Source of the DNA: the human T2T-CHM13v2.0 reference genome, Homo sapiens
Direction: 5' to 3' (one strand)
Length of the DNA: 64,000 nt
NCBI RefSeq assembly: GCF_009914755.1
Contig: NC_060930.1
Made by a program: the position numbers and the translations under genes. Below, piece after piece: positions 58,520-64,000 of this stretch (the first letter of the stretch is position 1; every line of letters begins with the position of its first letter). The notes beneath the pieces are model-generated. The model was given only the letters and a program-made list of their open reading frames with translations, was not told the origin of the DNA and ran no database searches.

Positions 58520-59125
58520 CTAAGTGGAGCCCTGGTTCCATTATTCACTGGGATATAACCTTGGACAAGTCATTTACCTCCTCTGAGCTTTGTTTTCCTT
58601 ATTCAAAAATGTTAGAATAAGAATCTTCCCTTTATATCTCACAGTGCCATGAAGACCCAGGACACATGTATTATATGTGCTAACTGAAGACCAATCTTCA
58701 AAGTTCAGGGGAAGGGGCATTTCCTCCCCTTTCTCCAGTCCAAAGTAACTCCTTGAATAGACAAGAGACCCTCTAAGCATGTCACGTTCTTTCCTCATTC
58801 ACTAAGGCATTGTTCAATATCTTAAAGACTGAACTAGCTGAATAGATTCCCTGGTAACTCAAAACCTTAAAGCAGCTTTGAATTAAGAGCCTGTCTCTGG
58901 GAAGTGACATTTAGGGAAGGTCCACTAAGGCTATGTGGGCTCCACCCACTCTTCCAGCCTTCTGCCTTGTCCTGAATCACATTGGGCTGACAAGATTAGA
59001 TATTCCTACTGCATAAGATTAGCACCTGTGAAAAATCATTCTCCTTGAATCACATTTTAATGCCCTGGCCTCAGTTTTTACAGTTACTAGATGAAATAAT
59101 CACCCAAAATTTCTACTGCATTTTC

Positions 59126-59177
59126 TATTTAAAAAACGTTGATGGCATTGTTATTTAAAAAACGTTGATGGCATTGT
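59126..59177. repeat. Perfect 26-bp tandem duplication
   Basis: tatttaaaaaacgttgatggcattgt x2. Confidence 0.95.
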
Positions 59178-59245
59178 TCATTATATTTTTGAGTGATCCC
59201 CACACACTACTTATAAACCATTACATGAGAAATGGCCTTTTAGAC

Positions 59246-60047
59246 CTTTGTGAGATGCATCATAGTATGCAAATATTTTCTCCCGTTCTGTAGGTTGTCT
59301 GTTTACTCTCTCTGTTGATAGTTTCTTTTGCTATGCAGAGGTTCTTTTAGTTTAACCAGGTTCCATTTATCAATTTTTTATTTCTGTTGCAATTGCTTTT
59401 GGAGACTTAGTCACTTTTTTTTTTTTTTTTTTTTTTTTGCCAAGGTTGATGTCTAGAATGGCATTTCCTAGGTTTTCTTCTAGGAATTTTATAGTTTTAG
59501 GTCTAACAGTTAAGTCTTTAATCCATCTTGAGTTAATTCTTGTATGTGGTGAAAGGTAGGGGTTGAGTTTCAATCTTCTGCATATGGCCAGCCTGTTATC
59601 CCAGCACTGTTTATTGAACAGGGAGTCCTTTCTCCATTGCTTGTTATTGTCAACCTTGCTGAAGATCTGGCCTTAGGCATGGGGCTTTATTTCTGGGTTC
59701 TTTATCCTGTTTCACTGGTCTATGTGTCTGTTTTTATGCCAGTACCATGCTGTTTCAGGTAGCAAATAAAGGCAGGAACATAAAACCAAATACTGCATGT
59801 TCTTACTTATAAGTGGGAACTAAACATTGAATACACATGGCCATAAAGATGGGAACAATAGACACTAGGGACTACTAGAGGGGGTAGAGTGGGAGTGGGG
59901 TGAGCATTGGAAAACTACCTATTGTGTACTATGCTCACTACCTGGGTGACGGTGATCATTTATATACCAAACCTCAGCGACATGGAATTTACCCATGTAA
60001 CAAACCAGCACATGTACCCCCAAAACAAAAATAAAAGTTGAAAAAGG
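59246..60047. mobile_element. 5'-truncated, 5'-inverted L1 (older L1PA/L1PB type): ORF2 piece on - (~59250-59755) and 3' UTR on + (~59770-60047)
   Basis: The minus ORF 59370-59573 reads [33 protein letters not shown] (L1 ORF2 C-terminal region). The + strand carries an L1 3' end. TSD-like gaga(a/g)atggc(c)tt(t)taga. Confidence 0.9.
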
Positions 60048-60439
60048 AGAGAGATGGCTTTAGAATCTATCACCACAAAGAAAAGAATACTTAATGTTAA
60101 GGGAAAATGCTAGTGATAAAATGTTGTGAATAGAGCATGCTGCAAAATGTATCGGTTGTATAATTCCAATAATTAAAAAAAAAAAACCTAGAAAGAAACC
60201 AAAACATTATCAGAAGTTATCTAATTACTTTTATAAATAGAAAAAAATATTTTTCAAAGTAATTCAATGACAGGGAATTTCATCTTCTCCAAGAAATTGT
60301 CTTCTTCCACTCTCAAAAAGAGAATTCTATAACTCATTGTGTCTTTTTTCCCTCCTTGCCTTCTTAGAAGCTCAAAGATCATTATTTGAAGCATGCATTG
60401 ACCCTTATTACAGGTTCATTTAGTGCTTATTTTCATTTT

Positions 60440-60736
60440 CTGTTTTGTTTTGTTTTGAGACAAGATCTCTCTCTGTAGCCCAGGCTGAAGTGCAGTGGTG
60501 TGATCTCGGCTCACTGCAGCCTCAACCTCCAGGGCTCAAGCGATCTTCCCACCTCAGCCTCCTGAGTAGCTGAAACTACAATATTTACCACCAGGTCTGG
60601 CTAATTTTTGTATTTCTTGTAGAGATGTGGTTTTTCCATGTTTCCCAGGCTGGTCTTGAAACCTGAGCTCAAGCAATCCACCCACCTCAGCCTCCCAAAG
60701 TGTTGGAATTACAGGCATGAGCCACCGCACCTGGCC
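60440..60736 (-). mobile_element. AluJ
   Basis: gctcaagcgatcttcccacctcagcc; TSD tcattttctgt. Confidence 0.93.
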
Positions 60737-61190
60737 TCATTTTCTGTCTTATTGCTATTTCATTTTACACGTGCTTACTAGATGAGTAGTATCTACTTAT
60801 ATAATTTCTGAAATTTTGAAACATCCTGAACTTTTTACAAACTAAATAAGGAGCCAGAAGTAAGTGATATGTAAGTTCCAAGAAAATTAAACAACTAGCT
60901 TCTAAATATACCTCAAAAAGTAATGTGGTTTCTCAAGGCTTGTGCTTTGCAGTGGGCAAATCTGATTTATATATTTATCAAAGACCATAATGGATATTAC
61001 ATTCCTTTTCTGTAAGCAGTTGATACTCAGTGAGATACAATGTGGACTCCCTTAGTTACCACCTCTGTGGGGGCCAGGCCTAGGTGGGAGGAAAACCTTG
61101 CACCTTCATATTGCTGTTCAGTTTTGGTGGGCATCTACCAAGGGAACCACTCTGGAGGAAGACTCTCTGTCTGATGAAATACAGGGGACA

Positions 61191-61720
<530 letters not shown>

Positions 61721-61848
61721 TCACCTGGGGCCTGTCCTTGCTGCTCCTGCTTGGGACTCAGTGTCCTCATGAATCAAGCTTGTTCATCTCTAAGGCATTT
61801 CCAGTCCTTTCAGTGGATGAGTTCATGATATTATAAATTTTTTTATAC

Positions 61849-62188
61849 AGTCACGAATTGCTTAATAATAGGGATGCATTCTGAGAAAGGGATCTTTAGG
61901 TGATTTTGTCACTGAGCAAACATCATACAGTGTACTTACAGAAACCTAGATAGTTCCAGCCTACTACACACCTAGGTTATATAGTGTAGTCTATTGTTCC
62001 TAGGCTATAAACCTGTCCAGCATGTTGCTATATTGAACACCGTAGGCAACTGTAACACAAGGGTAAGTGTTTGTGTATCAAAATATAGAAAAAGCATAAT
62101 AAAAATACAGTATTATAATTTTATGGGACCACCGTCTTCTACGGGGTCCGTCGTTGGCTGAAACGTTATTATGTGGTATGTGACTCTG
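61849..62188 (+). mobile_element. Tigger3a (MER7A)-like element
   Basis: ta|cagtca...cattctgagaaa...gcctactacacacctagg...ttatgggaccaccgtc...gaaacgttattatgtgg. Confidence 0.85.
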
Positions 62189-63239
62189 CAACTCATGAGA
62201 CATTTTACACATGGAGATAAAGACTTGGGTCAACTCTGTTTGTCTCAGATTGCATGGCTGCATAGATGAGTGGTTTTAATAAGGGACATTTAAGAAGTCA
62301 ATGATTCGCTTTTAGTACTGACTGACACTTTTATCTCTTTTCTGGGAATCAGTCTAAATGGCATGAATTTGGAGTTTGTAAGAGCTGAAAAGAATAATGA
62401 GAAATCTAGAAATGGAATAAGCCTTGGTAAAAGGTGAGAAACGATTCAAGCATAAGGTGAATTACTAAGGCTGGTTGCCTACTTTTATGAGCTGCACAGG
62501 GAAAAGGCCACAAGGTCTGGGAAATGGAAGAAAATGAAATGCCAATAAAACAAAGGAGGTGGGCTTCCTTGTAACGTACATTCAGTGAGAGATCATAATG
62601 CTCAACAAATCTGTTAAATCCTCAGACCTCTGCCCAGGGACTTTTTCACTGCCTGACCTCACCTGATCTAAAGTTCATGCAGCAGCACAGGGAGGGAGGG
62701 TGAGAGGAATGCTGGGGAGGACTTGGATAGTATTCTTACTAGGAAGCCATAAAAATGCATATATTCTGGGACAGGGTGTGTGCTGTCATGCACAGAGTCA
62801 CCAAAGTGTCATCAAATGAGTAGTGTCCCTATACTACCTAGTGGGAGTTGGGTTTGGGTAAGTGATGTCAATATACAGCCCTCAGGACAGGAAGAGGAAT
62901 GCTTGGCACAAGACACACCATTGAGAAGAGTTTTGTAACAATCGGTTGGAAGAGCGATTGTGGCATTCCTTATAGCTCCGCTCTGGCTACCCTGCTCCTG
63001 CATATCACGGCCTTAGGAGTTACAGACGCTTGGGATCTCTGAGAAGACACATAGAAGATTCAGGTATGGACTGGCTGGCCTGTAGGCAACAGGTAGGACA
63101 AGGTAGGTTGGGGGAATGCCTGTGTAAAGAGAGAATATAGACAACCCTTCATTCATTCATTCATTTAAATGTATGCACACATCCATTCAATCACCAAATA
63201 TTTCCTCACCTGGTAAGGGCTAAGAACCTGCCTTCGGGC

Positions 63240-63480
63240 CTGAAATATAATGCCTTTCTCAGATAAGTCTTTTATACCCTTCTCCCATTTAAATTAGTCC
63301 TCCAGTTATTTCCTTAATAGCACTTTTTATCACCTGAAATTACTTGACTTATTTCTTTATATCTTCTCTGTCTCATCCACTAGAACACAAGACTCCTTAA
63401 GTCAGGAACCATATCTCTTTTGTTCACTGCTGTAGTCCCAGCACTAAAATCAATGTCCAGCACATAGTAGGGCCTCAGAA
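63240..63480 (-). mobile_element. L2 3' fragment
   Basis: ccactagaa...ttttgttcactgctgta.tcccagcact...cagcacatagtagg.cctca. Confidence 0.7.
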
Positions 63481-64000
63481 AAACCATTTTTTGAAAGAAA
63501 ACATCATCACAGAGATGAATAGAACCTAGGCCCTTCAAGAAAAGAGTCAAAGAGAGTGTGAGAAAGCACTTAGTGGAACATAGTAAAGGAAAGAGAAAAC
63601 TAGTACAAAAATTGAATTGGTTTTCCCCTAGAGATTTAAAAAAGTACTTGGGATTAAAAGACAAATAAAACATTAGAGGAGCCATCAGTGCATTGGTTCC
63701 TTGTGCTCAAGATGAGAGGGATGTGTAGAATTAATTCTCGAGTACTTTCCAGGCCTCCTGGCCTGGGAGTCTGCTGTCTTCAGGTCCGCAATGCCAGTAC
63801 TGTCACCTGTGCTATCCCTGGACTCACCATGTTGGGGTGGAAGGGACACTTGACAGGTGCTCCGGAACCCAGCTTGACATTGACTTCTACCCGGCTGTGT
63901 GGCTTTGAGACGAGACAGTTGACTTTGGGAGCTTCAGCTTTTCTCTACCAGTAAAATGAGAATGACACTTGTACTAAGTGCCCCGCCTCCACAGTTTTGT

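Noticed and set aside
59370-59573. ORF with real protein similarity (L1 ORF2 C-terminal region)
   Set aside because: A decayed L1 fragment, not a gene.

Overview
Primate (human-like) genomic DNA lying entirely inside the CLIC5 gene (chloride intracellular channel 5), which is transcribed on the minus strand. I read three internal coding exons by hand: 34569-34678 (110 nt), 28691-28816 (126 nt) and 20982-21088 (107 nt). All have canonical AG/GT boundaries and splice in frame to [114 protein letters not shown]. These are the conventional exons 2-4; the first and last exons lie outside the window. The rest is intronic and rich in transposons: about 14 Alus, MaLR/ERV solo LTRs, hAT and Tc-mariner fossils, MIR/L2 fragments, one 5'-inverted L1, and microsatellites. 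None of the supplied ORFs is a credible protein. I found no evidence of a new biological system. The most interesting items are local genome-evolution events: a ~309-bp dispersed duplication that landed in a microsatellite, a chimeric AluY/AluS that appears converted by its neighbour, a twin-primed L1, a 31-bp palindrome, and inverted-Alu geometry around the exons. Repeat subfamily names and boundaries are from memory and approximate.
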